From: a virus
IMG/VR virus record: IMGVR_UViG_3300033143_002031
Span: 120,745-184,744 of that record
DNA length: 64,000 nt
Strand: one strand, 5' to 3'
Both the position numbers and the translations under genes were made by a program. Positions 1-8,266 of this stretch are shown piece by piece. Below the pieces are notes generated by a model. The model worked only from the letters and a program-made list of their open reading frames with translations, did no database searches and had not been told where the DNA came from. Numbering within the stretch: the stretch's first letter is position 1; the number at the start of each line of letters is the position of its first letter.

Positions 1-201
1 GGGACGGAGGCTGCCGAGCGCGACCGGCTCGCCCTTCGAGACTTGGAATTCCCTGGGCGGCCGTTCGACCCTCCAGGCAAGGGTGGGAACACCTTCCGAA
101 TCGAACAGATCGACATCGTTGACCTACCTGGCAAGGGGGACATCGACGCTCGAAAACCCGAGGAAGTGCAGTCACTTCTAGGGCCACGAAATACCGCTTG
201 A
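1..201 (+). CDS. 3' end of a gene cut by the window edge, possibly a primase (TOPRIM C-terminus)
   Basis: Frame 1 is open from base 1 to TGA 199-201 (GTEAAERDRLALRDLEF...IVDLPGKGDIDARKPEEV...). DLPGKGDID resembles the last TOPRIM motif; replication-module context. Confidence 0.35.
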   Translation, partial: GTEAAERDRLALRDLEFPGRPFDPPGKGGNTFRIEQIDIVDLPGKGDIDARKPEEVQSLLGPRNTA

Positions 202-226
202 CAATCGGATCGCTATTAGGTAGTTT
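198..226 (+). promoter_or_regulatory. sigma70-like promoter
   Basis: TTGACA 198-203, 17-nt spacer, TAGTTT 221-226; near-identical element at 5107-5134. Confidence 0.6.
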
Positions 227-275
227 TCGAGTTGCCGTGTAGGCAATTGATGGCCTTGGGCCAGGAGGAAGTAGC

Positions 276-974
276 ATGACTGTCCGGACGAATTCGGTCC
301 AAACCTGCGACCGATGTGAGAAGCCTTTCAACGAAAAGCACCTGAAAGCGGCCGACGTCGTGCCGACTTTCAAACAGCATGGTCTCGTCGTCACGGAGAC
401 CAAGGGGACGAACAAGGACCCGGAGCCGAAGTTCACTGTGGTCATTTCCTTTGACGACATGTGCCCCGACTGCCAGAAGGCGATCGACAACCTGATCGCG
501 AAGATGCGTTTGGACGGGAAGAAGAAGCGCGGCCCGGCGAAGAAGCGCGGCGAGAAGAAGCCCGAGGAGAAGAAGCCTCCGAAGACCCCGGAGTACTCCG
601 AGAACCCGGAGGACGACCCAGCGAAGGCCGAGGGCGAGACCGTGAAGGAGACGGCAGAGAAGGTCGAGAAGGCCGCCGAAAAGGCGACCGAGACCGGAGA
701 GCCGCAGGTTACGGCGGTGCAGGGTGAGGAGGAGCCCGAGAACCCGGAGGAGCCCCCAGCCGATGCGCCCGCCGAAAACTCCGAGCCCGAGGAACCAGAA
801 CTCGCGAATGAGCCAGGCGAGACCTCGGATGGGGACAACGGTGCGGAAGCGACTTCCGAGACCGATGACGGGCTCGTGGAAGACCCCTTGACGGGCGACA
901 GGTACGACCCAGAGACGGGGGAGGTCAAGGTGCGGGGGAACAAGGGACAGAACGGGGAGAAGCACCCCTTCTAG
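276..974 (+). CDS. hypothetical protein, N-terminal Zn ribbon and acidic low-complexity tail
   Basis: CDRC...CPDC pairs, E/P-rich C-terminus, SD AGGAGGA upstream. Confidence 0.75.
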   Translation: MTVRTNSVQTCDRCEKPFNEKHLKAADVVPTFKQHGLVVTETKGTNKDPEPKFTVVISFDDMCPDCQKAIDNLIAKMRLDGKKKRGPAKKRGEKKPEEKKPPKTPEYSENPEDDPAKAEGETVKETAEKVEKAAEKATETGEPQVTAVQGEEEPENPEEPPADAPAENSEPEEPELANEPGETSDGDNGAEATSETDDGLVEDPLTGDRYDPETGEVKVRGNKGQNGEKHPF

Positions 975-1019
975 GCCGGATGGCCACATAACGATCATGT
1001 AGATCGAGAGGAGAGAATC

Positions 1020-1820
1020 ATGGGCGACGGATCATGGTACGACACTGGGTTTGAGGGGATCAGCGGCGAAGAGGCCGCACTCGACGCCGCGCAGGGACCG
1101 CACCGCTTGTGGATTCCCGGTGGGGCATCCAAGGACACCGTGTGGGTTGATGACGAGCCGGTTTGCGTGCACGAGCACAACCCCAAGATGAACGGCAACT
1201 ACCGCAACTGGCTCACCTGTCAGCAGGGAGTTTACGACGAGGTGGTGTGCTGCCAGAAGCTCGGTCCGAGGGGCCGCTACTACGTCGGGTACCTCACGGC
1301 GGTGGACTGCTCCGAGTGGACGGATCAGCGTGGGAACAAGCACCAGTACGAGATGCGGCTGGTGCCGATGAAGCTGCGCTCCCTGAAGAAGTTCCGCCGG
1401 AAGAAGGAAGACCGGGGCTCGATGGTCGGGACGATGTGGAAGATGAACCGCGAGGACGACAACGCGGCGAGCATCGGCGACGACTGGGACTTCCAGCGCG
1501 ATATCGACATGGAGAAGATGTTCGATTTCGTGAACTACCGTGGCACCAAGTTGTCCGAACTCTGGGAGCAGGCCGAGGCCGACCCGGAGGTCATGGCACG
1601 GGTCACGCGGACCTTCCAGGTCAAGCCGGATGAGGAGGGCAAACTCCCTCGTGTCGTCCCGGCGTTCAACTACATGGAGGTCTTGAAGCCGAAGACCCCG
1701 AAGGATCTGCGTCTGCTCCTCGGCGCCGTCCAAGAGGACGACGAAGACAACAAGCGAGGCGCGTCGGGTGGCGGGGGTGGCGGGGGTGGAGCCTCGAAGG
1801 AGGACAAGGTTCCGTTCTAA
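1020..1820 (+). CDS. phage ssDNA-binding protein (gp32-like, Zn-binding)
   Basis: DDEPVCVHEH...C...CC motif, Gly linker and SSB-type C-terminal tail EDKVPF; replication context. Confidence 0.6.
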   Translation: MGDGSWYDTGFEGISGEEAALDAAQGPHRLWIPGGASKDTVWVDDEPVCVHEHNPKMNGNYRNWLTCQQGVYDEVVCCQKLGPRGRYYVGYLTAVDCSEWTDQRGNKHQYEMRLVPMKLRSLKKFRRKKEDRGSMVGTMWKMNREDDNAASIGDDWDFQRDIDMEKMFDFVNYRGTKLSELWEQAEADPEVMARVTRTFQVKPDEEGKLPRVVPAFNYMEVLKPKTPKDLRLLLGAVQEDDEDNKRGASGGGGGGGGASKEDKVPF

Positions 1821-1863
1821 AAGGGTACTTGTAGTCTCGTCGGGAGGGCGCTAGTCTGGTTGC

Positions 1864-2295
1864 ATGGAAGAGCAGAAAACATGCTTCAAGTGCGGCCGGG
1901 CGAGGCCCCTCGACGAGTTCTACCAGCACCCGGAGACGGCCGACGGACGTCTCAACAAGTGTAAGGAGTGCGCGAAGGCTGATGTTCGAGGCAACTACAG
2001 GAAGACTCGTAAGAAGCGGCAGGGGTACGAGCGGAAGCGCGAACAGTCCCCTGAGCGGCGAGCGAAGAAGCGGGAGTACGCCAGGAGAGCCCGGCAAGCT
2101 CACCCTGAGAAGTACAGGGCGAACACAGCCATCAACAATGCAATCCGAGACGGCAAGGTGGTGCGGGGGTCTTGTGAAGCGGAAGGGTGCGAACGACCGG
2201 CCGAGGCACATCATGAGGACTACTCGAAGCCCTTGGAGGTGCGGTGGCTTTGTCGGAAGCACCATCGAGCGGAGCATGGACAGGTAGCGGATTGA
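1864..2295 (+). CDS. HNH-family endonuclease with N-terminal Zn finger
   Basis: CFKC...EFY...CKEC N-domain; EAHHEDYSKPLEVRWLCRKHH is a typical phage HNH core. Confidence 0.8.
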   Translation: MEEQKTCFKCGRARPLDEFYQHPETADGRLNKCKECAKADVRGNYRKTRKKRQGYERKREQSPERRAKKREYARRARQAHPEKYRANTAINNAIRDGKVVRGSCEAEGCERPAEAHHEDYSKPLEVRWLCRKHHRAEHGQVAD

Positions 2296-2513
2296 CGGGC
2301 CTACGCCCCCGGGCCTTCCTCGGTTCGACCATCCGAGGAGAAGCAGGATGCTGTAGGGGGCACTTGATCGGGTTGGAGTCGAGGGCAGGGAACAGTGGTG
2401 GGGCAACCGCGCCATGGAGCGGCCACTCGGCCCCCCTGCTAGCGGCGATCAGTGGGCGACTCCTGCTGCGGGTCCGGGTGGAGGCGCAGCACCCCTAGCG
2501 ACCATTGGTCGCA
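2296..2513 (+). ncRNA. candidate structured RNA or cis-regulatory element (unassigned family)
   Basis: About 220 nt with no convincing ORF and several 6-7 bp complementary pairs plus a GCAA tetraloop hairpin (see findings). Confidence 0.3.
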
Positions 2514-2521
2514 GGAGAATG

Positions 2522-2761
2522 ATGGACGACACGACCCCCAAACTCCGATTCGTCCGGCTCTATCTGGGCAAGAGCAAGATGGATGTTGCTCTGGACGACC
2601 CGCTCTCGGAGAAGCCTCGACTGGTGAAATACAACTGGAAAGCCCTGGAGGCCAAGGACGTGCCTCCGGACATCTGGCACGAGGCTGTGCTCCGGGAGGT
2701 CCAGCACCAGCGGGGGTTGGAGCACAGGCGGCGGACGGGGCGAGCGTTGCCCGGGGAGTAG
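2522..2761 (+). CDS. hypothetical protein
   Basis: SD GCAGGAG then ATG (2519 or 2522); stop abuts the helicase start. Confidence 0.65.
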   Translation: MDDTTPKLRFVRLYLGKSKMDVALDDPLSEKPRLVKYNWKALEAKDVPPDIWHEAVLREVQHQRGLEHRRRTGRALPGE

Positions 2762-2764
2762 ACC

Positions 2765-5110
2765 GTGGATGTGACAGTCACAGGGTGGGCGTGGTTGCCC
2801 AAGGCGGACCTGACGCCAGACCAGATCGTGAACATGGAGCGCATGCTCACGGTTCACCCGCAGAAGATCGGGGACTACCCGGGCGACGAGCCCCTGCCGA
2901 TCCACCTGTATGCGAACGAGAGTGACCGCTTCGGCGTCCCCCGCGAGTTCTTTTTCAGCAATCGGCGTGCGACTCACAACATCGACCTCCAGGTCACAGA
3001 AGGATCTAAGGACTGGTGGCCGGCGGAGTTTGTCGGCCTCCTTCGGACGGAGCAGAAGACCGCTCTGAACGAGGTGGTGGCGATGTTCCGGGCCGGGCGG
3101 ATGGGCGGGATCATCCAAGCCAAGCCGGGCTGGGGGAAGTGCCTGGGTATCGGAACTCCCGTGCTCATGTTCGATGGAGCGATAAAGCCTGTCGAGGACA
3201 TTCAAGATGGCGATCTTCTCATGGGGCCGGACAGCCGACCCCGCCGCGTTTTGTCTACGACACGCGGCACCGGACCGCTATACGAGATCGTTCCGTTGCG
3301 TGGAGAGTCCTGGGTGTGCAACGACGCTCACATCTTGACTCTGGTTCACTCCCTGACAGGAGAAGTACAGGATATTGAGGTGGGGGAGTACCTGAAGCTA
3401 TCGAAGACGGAGCGGCATTACCTCAAGCAGTTTGCTCCGGAGCAAGGGGTCGACTTTCTCTCAGCCGAGCCACTTCTGCTGGACCCGTACTTTTTGGGGG
3501 TGTGGTTCGGGGACGGTACGAAGGGTGCGGACGAGGGGGTCTTGAGGAAGGTAGCGGTCACTAAGCGGGACGAAGAGATCAAGAAGCTGTGCGAGGATGT
3601 GGCGTCGAGGTACGGTCTCCATGTCCGCGTGGAAACTTCTGGAGGTACGCGGTGCCCTACCTACCATCTCACAACTGGCAGGACGGGAGGAGGCCGGAAC
3701 GCGCTTCTCGATCTTTTGCGTCGTGTCGTGGGGGACGCATCTGAGGTCCCTCGTCAGTATCTCACCGCGTCCAGGTCGGATCGAAGGGCACTGCTCGCGG
3801 GTTTTTTGGACTCGGACGGCCACCTCAATAACGGTTATTTCGACATCGTGCAGAAGCGGCGCTCTTATGCGGAGGCCGTCATGTTCCTCGCCCGATCTCT
3901 TGGGTTTCGGGCGAGGGTGTCGGAGAAAATTGTACACGGGGAGGTCTACTGGCGCATGGGTCTGTCCGGCGATTTCTCTACACTTCCCCTGCGTGTGTCC
4001 CGAAAGAAGGCCCCTCCCCGGCGACAGAAAAAGGTGCCTACTCGGACAGGGTTCGATGTTCGTTTTGCGGGGACCGGGGCGTATGCGGGGTTTACGTTGG
4101 ACGGGGACGGGCGGTTCCTCCTCGGAGATTTCACCGTGACTCACAACACGGTCGTGGCGCTGGCTATCGCTGCCGAGCTAGGTGTGCCTACCCTCGTCGT
4201 AGTCCACAAGGAATTTCTGATGGACCAGTGGACGGAGCGGATCGAGAAGTTCCTTCCGGCGGCGAAGATAGGTCGCGTCCAGCAAGACACCTGCGACTTC
4301 CGGGGCAAGACTGTGGTCATGGGCATGGTTCACTCCCTTGGAGGAGAGCAGCCCTACCCTGAAGACCTGTGGGAGTGGCCGGGTTTGGTCATCGTGGACG
4401 AGGTGCACCGTATCGGAGCCCGCACGTGGGCTCCTGTTCCTCCGAGGTTCCAAGCCAAGTACCGCCTCGGATTCACGGCGACGCCCCGGCGCAAGGATGG
4501 CGCCGACGACGTGTTCTGGCAGCACATCGGTCCGATTATCTTCGCGGGGAAAGAGGAGCGATTGAAGCCCGTCGTCAAGCGAGTGTGGACCAAGTTCAAA
4601 CTCGTGAAGACGGACCGCTTCAATCCGAATCTGGCCCCGAAGGCGCTCATCACTCGGTTCCTGGTCAAGAGCCGCTACCGCAACGATCTGATCGCGGAGC
4701 AACTCGTCTCAGCCTTGGAGGCGGGGAGGAAGATCCTTGTGCTGAGTGAGCGCTTGCAGCACCTACAGGACATGGAGTCGCAGCTTCGGAATATGTGGCC
4801 AGCGGTGGCCGGAGACGTTTCGATCGGTCAGTACGTCGGAGGTCGAACCAAGGTCCAACTCGAACGGTCGGCGCAGGCTAAGGTCATCTTCGCCACGTCT
4901 CAGTACGCGGCCGAGGGTCTGGACATCCCGGCGCTGGACACGCTGTTCCTGACCACGCCAATGAGCGACGTGGAGCAGGCGGTGGGTCGTATTCAGAGGC
5001 CGCACCCGGACAAGAAAGATCCTATCGTGGTGGACTTCCGCGATGACTCGATTCCTATGTTCGAGGCGATGGGTAGGAAACGAGAGAAGTTCTACACGAG
5101 GATAGCTTGA
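2765..5110 (+). CDS. SF2 DNA helicase (UvsW/ResIII-like), intein-containing
   Basis: Walker A AKPGWGK|T split by the intein, IVDEVH, FTATP, helicase-C motifs (EGLDIPALD, QAVGRIQR); spliced length 445 aa. Confidence 0.92.
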   Translation: MDVTVTGWAWLPKADLTPDQIVNMERMLTVHPQKIGDYPGDEPLPIHLYANESDRFGVPREFFFSNRRATHNIDLQVTEGSKDWWPAEFVGLLRTEQKTALNEVVAMFRAGRMGGIIQAKPGWGKCLGIGTPVLMFDGAIKPVEDIQDGDLLMGPDSRPRRVLSTTRGTGPLYEIVPLRGESWVCNDAHILTLVHSLTGEVQDIEVGEYLKLSKTERHYLKQFAPEQGVDFLSAEPLLLDPYFLGVWFGDGTKGADEGVLRKVAVTKRDEEIKKLCEDVASRYGLHVRVETSGGTRCPTYHLTTGRTGGGRNALLDLLRRVVGDASEVPRQYLTASRSDRRALLAGFLDSDGHLNNGYFDIVQKRRSYAEAVMFLARSLGFRARVSEKIVHGEVYWRMGLSGDFSTLPLRVSRKKAPPRRQKKVPTRTGFDVRFAGTGAYAGFTLDGDGRFLLGDFTVTHNTVVALAIAAELGVPTLVVVHKEFLMDQWTERIEKFLPAAKIGRVQQDTCDFRGKTVVMGMVHSLGGEQPYPEDLWEWPGLVIVDEVHRIGARTWAPVPPRFQAKYRLGFTATPRRKDGADDVFWQHIGPIIFAGKEERLKPVVKRVWTKFKLVKTDRFNPNLAPKALITRFLVKSRYRNDLIAEQLVSALEAGRKILVLSERLQHLQDMESQLRNMWPAVAGDVSIGQYVGGRTKVQLERSAQAKVIFATSQYAAEGLDIPALDTLFLTTPMSDVEQAVGRIQRPHPDKKDPIVVDFRDDSIPMFEAMGRKREKFYTRIA
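3140..4147 (+). mobile_element. intein with in-frame LAGLIDADG homing endonuclease (336 aa)
   Basis: Starts CLGIGTPV right after Walker A GK, ends FTVTHN before Thr; LAGLIDADG-like blocks YFLGVWFGDG and LLAGFLDSDG. Confidence 0.93.
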
Positions 5111-5134
5111 CAATCGGGGCCTATTTGGTAGAGG
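5107..5134 (+). promoter_or_regulatory. sigma70-like promoter, sister of the element at 198-226
   Basis: TTGACA 5107-5112 overlapping the helicase TGA, 16-nt spacer, TAGAGG; shares TTGACAATCGG...CTATTwGGTAG. Confidence 0.55.
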
Positions 5135-5141
5135 TAGGGGG

Positions 5142-5942
5142 ATGCCCAGAGCCCCGAAAGCTCAGGACTACTTCCAGAAGTGGTATGACGACAATCGAGA
5201 CGATCTGAATGAGCGTCGGCGTGAGAAGTACGCTAGTGACCCTATGTACCGAGCGAAGGTGCAGAAGTGGAACCGGGACGCCAGGGCACGCCGCCGGAAG
5301 GACGTCGAGAAAGAGGGGCTCCGAGCGAAGCGGGCTGTGAAGATGCAGACATCCGGGGCATGGAAGACGGTGCAGGTCGAGGTGGATGGCGTCATGGTAC
5401 GCATGTTCACCATTGGGGCTCTTGCTCGTGCTATCGGAAAAGGCATCTCTACCATCCGCGTCTGGGAGCGCAACGGCACGCTCCCCCAGACCCCCTACAG
5501 GTCAAAGAAGGGGGACAGGCTCTACACCCTGGAGATGGTTGAGTCGATTCAGGTTGCGCTTCGCAAGGCAGGAAAACTCGAAATCGGTGCGCTGAAAGAG
5601 AAGAAGCGTCCGACCTACGTGGAGAAGGATGTCCGGTTCAAACGGCTAAAGACGCCGATCCGGATGAGGCTCTACAAGATCGGAACGCTCGCCAAGGCTG
5701 TGAACAGGACGGTGGTGGCTCTCACGCAGATGGAGAAGCGTGAGGTGCTGCCCAAAACACCGCTCGTGTCGTCCTCCCTGTCGTACCGACTCTATACGCT
5801 CGACATGATCGAGGTCGTGCAAGGGGCGTTCGACAGGAGGGGAGGAGCGATCCGAGGGCAGTCCGAGTGGGAAGATTTCTACGACGAGATCGTGGATGGA
5901 TGGACGAGGTTAGGAGTCATGGACGCGAGGTTGGAAGAATGA
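5142..5942 (+). CDS. tandem MerR-type HTH DNA-binding protein
   Basis: Two repeats: FTIGALARAIGKGISTIRVWERNGTLP...RLYT and YKIGTLAKAVNRTVVALTQMEKREVLP...RLYT. Confidence 0.8.
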   Translation: MPRAPKAQDYFQKWYDDNRDDLNERRREKYASDPMYRAKVQKWNRDARARRRKDVEKEGLRAKRAVKMQTSGAWKTVQVEVDGVMVRMFTIGALARAIGKGISTIRVWERNGTLPQTPYRSKKGDRLYTLEMVESIQVALRKAGKLEIGALKEKKRPTYVEKDVRFKRLKTPIRMRLYKIGTLAKAVNRTVVALTQMEKREVLPKTPLVSSSLSYRLYTLDMIEVVQGAFDRRGGAIRGQSEWEDFYDEIVDGWTRLGVMDARLEE

Positions 5943-6394
5943 AAACGAGTCCAGTCGAGGATGCTCACCCGACCCTTGAAAAGCAGGTCGAGGCGGACAT
6001 GGAGCAGGTCGAGGAGGCCCTGACGGAGACGGTGGAGCCGGGAGGCATCGTCGCCATGAAGCCCATCGTGATGCGAGTGCGCCGGCAGTACAAGGAGAGC
6101 GGTGACCTCGTGATCGACCCTGAAGAGGCGGTGGAGGAGATCCTGGTGCAGGACTTCCACACGGACCCCGCTCACGCGGGTCTGCGTGTGAACCACACGC
6201 TCAACCTCGGCAACTTCTGGTCTCTGTCGGTGCAGGTCTCGCTCGACGTACCGTGCTACCGCGAGGAGTACGCCGAGGCTCTGGAGTTTGTGGCCAAGAC
6301 GGTCGGTGAGCGACTGGCCACGGAGATCGAGACCGGCCAGGAACGTGCTGCCGAGCTACGCAAATCCAAGGGCTCCGGGAAGCATCTGTTTTAG
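5939..6394 (+). CDS. conserved phage hypothetical protein
   Basis: ATGA overlap with the previous gene; TLNLGNFWSLSVQVS resembles a motif common in phage replication modules. Confidence 0.65.
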   Translation: MKTSPVEDAHPTLEKQVEADMEQVEEALTETVEPGGIVAMKPIVMRVRRQYKESGDLVIDPEEAVEEILVQDFHTDPAHAGLRVNHTLNLGNFWSLSVQVSLDVPCYREEYAEALEFVAKTVGERLATEIETGQERAAELRKSKGSGKHLF

Positions 6395-6402
6395 GGGGAC
6401 TC

Positions 6403-7512
6403 ATGGCGAAGTCGAAAGAGGACCGATTCAAAGCGCTTATGGCGAGCGAGTTGATCGCCAAGATCAAGAAGAAGCACGGCAAGAACATCCTCACGCCGGC
6501 CGACGAGTTCCGGATCAAGAAGATCCCGCGCATCCCCACTGGCATCTTTTTCTATGACTACGCCCTCGGGGGCGGGGGTTTCCCCGGGGGGCGGACGAAC
6601 ATCGTCTGGGGGCACAAGAGCACCGGCAAGACGGTTATCTGCCTGCGAGCCATGGGCAATGCTCAGAAGCTATGTGCCAATTGCTACACGTTCCCGGACG
6701 AGGAGACGGGGGAGTGCCAGTGCGGGAAGTTCCGCGAGACCATCTGTTGCTTCCTCGATGTCGAGGGTTCGTGGGATCACGAGTGGGCCAGGCTACACGG
6801 GGTGAACCCTGACCGGGTGCTTCTGTCCGTTCCCGAGTACGCAGAGCAAACTCTGGACATCGCCGAGGCGCTGCTTCGGTCGGGTGACGTGGACTTTCTT
6901 GTCATCGACTCGTTGGCTTTCCTCACGCCCGCGAAGGAGATCGAGGAGAGTGCCGGCAAGGCTCTCCAGGCGGAGCAGGCGCGTGTTCTCGGCCGAGGCA
7001 TCCGCAAGTTCGGCGCGGCTCTAAACCACATGGGCAACGTCACCGGGCGCCGACCCACCTTGCTCTTCACGAACCAGATTCGGATGAAGGTCGGGCTGCT
7101 CTTTGGCAATCCAGAGACGCAACCGGGCGGCTACGCTCCGGGCTTCTCTGCGACGACCGAGACCAAGACCTACGGCGGCAAGTACGTGATGGACGAGGTG
7201 ACCGGGCGACCCCTTCACGTGGATATGTCGTTCCGGGTCGAGAAGAACAAGTCGTCCGGGGCGAAGATCGAAGGGGAGTGGCGGCTCATGCTGGCCGACA
7301 CGACCATCAAAAAGAAGGGCGAGGTCTACGAGGAGCCCCCTATGGTTGACATGGGGATCAAGATCGGGCTCGTCGAGAAGTCTGGGAACGGTTGGACATG
7401 CCTCGGAGAGAAGTACAAGTCGAAATCTCTTCTGGTCACAGCGATGGTGGAGAACGCGGCCCTGAAGAAGCAGTTCGGGGAGACGCTGATGGGCGTGTTG
7501 ACGGCGGCGTAG
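6403..7512 (+). CDS. recA: RecA/UvsX-like recombinase
   Basis: IPTGIFFYDYALGGGGFPGG, Walker A GHKSTGKT, VIDSLA, TNQIRMKVG, NPETQPGG. Confidence 0.92.
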   Translation: MAKSKEDRFKALMASELIAKIKKKHGKNILTPADEFRIKKIPRIPTGIFFYDYALGGGGFPGGRTNIVWGHKSTGKTVICLRAMGNAQKLCANCYTFPDEETGECQCGKFRETICCFLDVEGSWDHEWARLHGVNPDRVLLSVPEYAEQTLDIAEALLRSGDVDFLVIDSLAFLTPAKEIEESAGKALQAEQARVLGRGIRKFGAALNHMGNVTGRRPTLLFTNQIRMKVGLLFGNPETQPGGYAPGFSATTETKTYGGKYVMDEVTGRPLHVDMSFRVEKNKSSGAKIEGEWRLMLADTTIKKKGEVYEEPPMVDMGIKIGLVEKSGNGWTCLGEKYKSKSLLVTAMVENAALKKQFGETLMGVLTAA

Positions 7513-7904
7513 ACGGCCCCAGACCCAAGGCGTTCGATGCCAACTATGACCGGGCGAAGAAGTCCTCTCGGGAAGAGAAGAAGGTCGCCAAGCGACTTGG
7601 AGGGCGCACCCACGCCCGCTCTGGTGGGCTCCCTTGGTCGAAGAGCGACCCCACCACGGTCTGCGGGGACATCACCACCCCCGACCTCCATATAGAGCAC
7701 AAGCGGATTGAGCCCAACACCAAGTCGATCGGTGTCAAGCGCGACTGGCTTCGGAAGGTCACGGTCGGGGCCAAGCGTCGGATGAAGATCCCGGCGATGG
7801 TGTTCCACTACGAGGGGGCGTCAGGCTATGCCGAGGACTGGCTCATGTTGCCGATGGACGTGGCCGAGCGGTTGTTGGCCATGATGCGAGAGGGTGACGA
7901 GTGA
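7392..7904 (+). CDS. Hjc-like PD-(D/E)XK Holliday junction resolvase (start uncertain)
   Basis: EKKVAKRLGGRTHARSG...GDI...IEHK...WLRKV pattern. The only ATGs (7392/7398) overlap recA by about 120 nt. Confidence 0.7.
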   Translation: MDMPRREVQVEISSGHSDGGERGPEEAVRGDADGRVDGGVDGPRPKAFDANYDRAKKSSREEKKVAKRLGGRTHARSGGLPWSKSDPTTVCGDITTPDLHIEHKRIEPNTKSIGVKRDWLRKVTVGAKRRMKIPAMVFHYEGASGYAEDWLMLPMDVAERLLAMMREGDE

Positions 7905-8266
7905 CTGGCAAGCCGATGCTCCTAAAAGACCTCGAACGCATGCGGCCGTATCTCCATGTGTCAGCCTTCGATCGTGTGCGAGTGATCATAGGAAGAGGGG
8001 ACCGCAATCTCCAACTGGACCTGGAGTGCGTCGCCTGTGAAGACCTGCTAGAATGGGACGCCTCTAAGGGCTGGTGGGTCTGTCCAGGCTGCCAGCAAGA
8101 GACGACGGACCGGGAGGGCGCCGACCTGCTCCGGGCCTGCTACAAAGGGCTCGGAGAGGTGCTAGGCGAGACGGATGACGAGGTGGCTCACACCTGCGAG
8201 CCAAAGGACGCTGGAAGGGGTATAGGACGATGGGTACGGAGGCTCACGGGGATCTCAAGCCGCTGA
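7901..8266 (+). CDS. hypothetical Zn-ribbon protein
   Basis: CVAC...WVCPGC; GTGA-coupled start. Confidence 0.65.
   Translation: MTGKPMLLKDLERMRPYLHVSAFDRVRVIIGRGDRNLQLDLECVACEDLLEWDASKGWWVCPGCQQETTDREGADLLRACYKGLGEVLGETDDEVAHTCEPKDAGRGIGRWVRRLTGISSR

Noticed and set aside
2317-2339. tRNA T-arm-like GGTTCGA
   Set aside because: No cloverleaf, D-arm or CCA end around it.
2462-2492. SRP RNA domain IV look-alike (GGG-TCC-GGGT-GGA-GGC-GCAG)
   Set aside because: The loop is not GNRA and the conserved adenines of the internal loop are missing; likely chance in GC-rich DNA.
7392-7512. 120-nt recA/resolvase overlap as a dual-coding region or non-canonical GTA start
   Set aside because: The overlapping part looks like off-frame text and the true start cannot be resolved from sequence alone; too weak to report.
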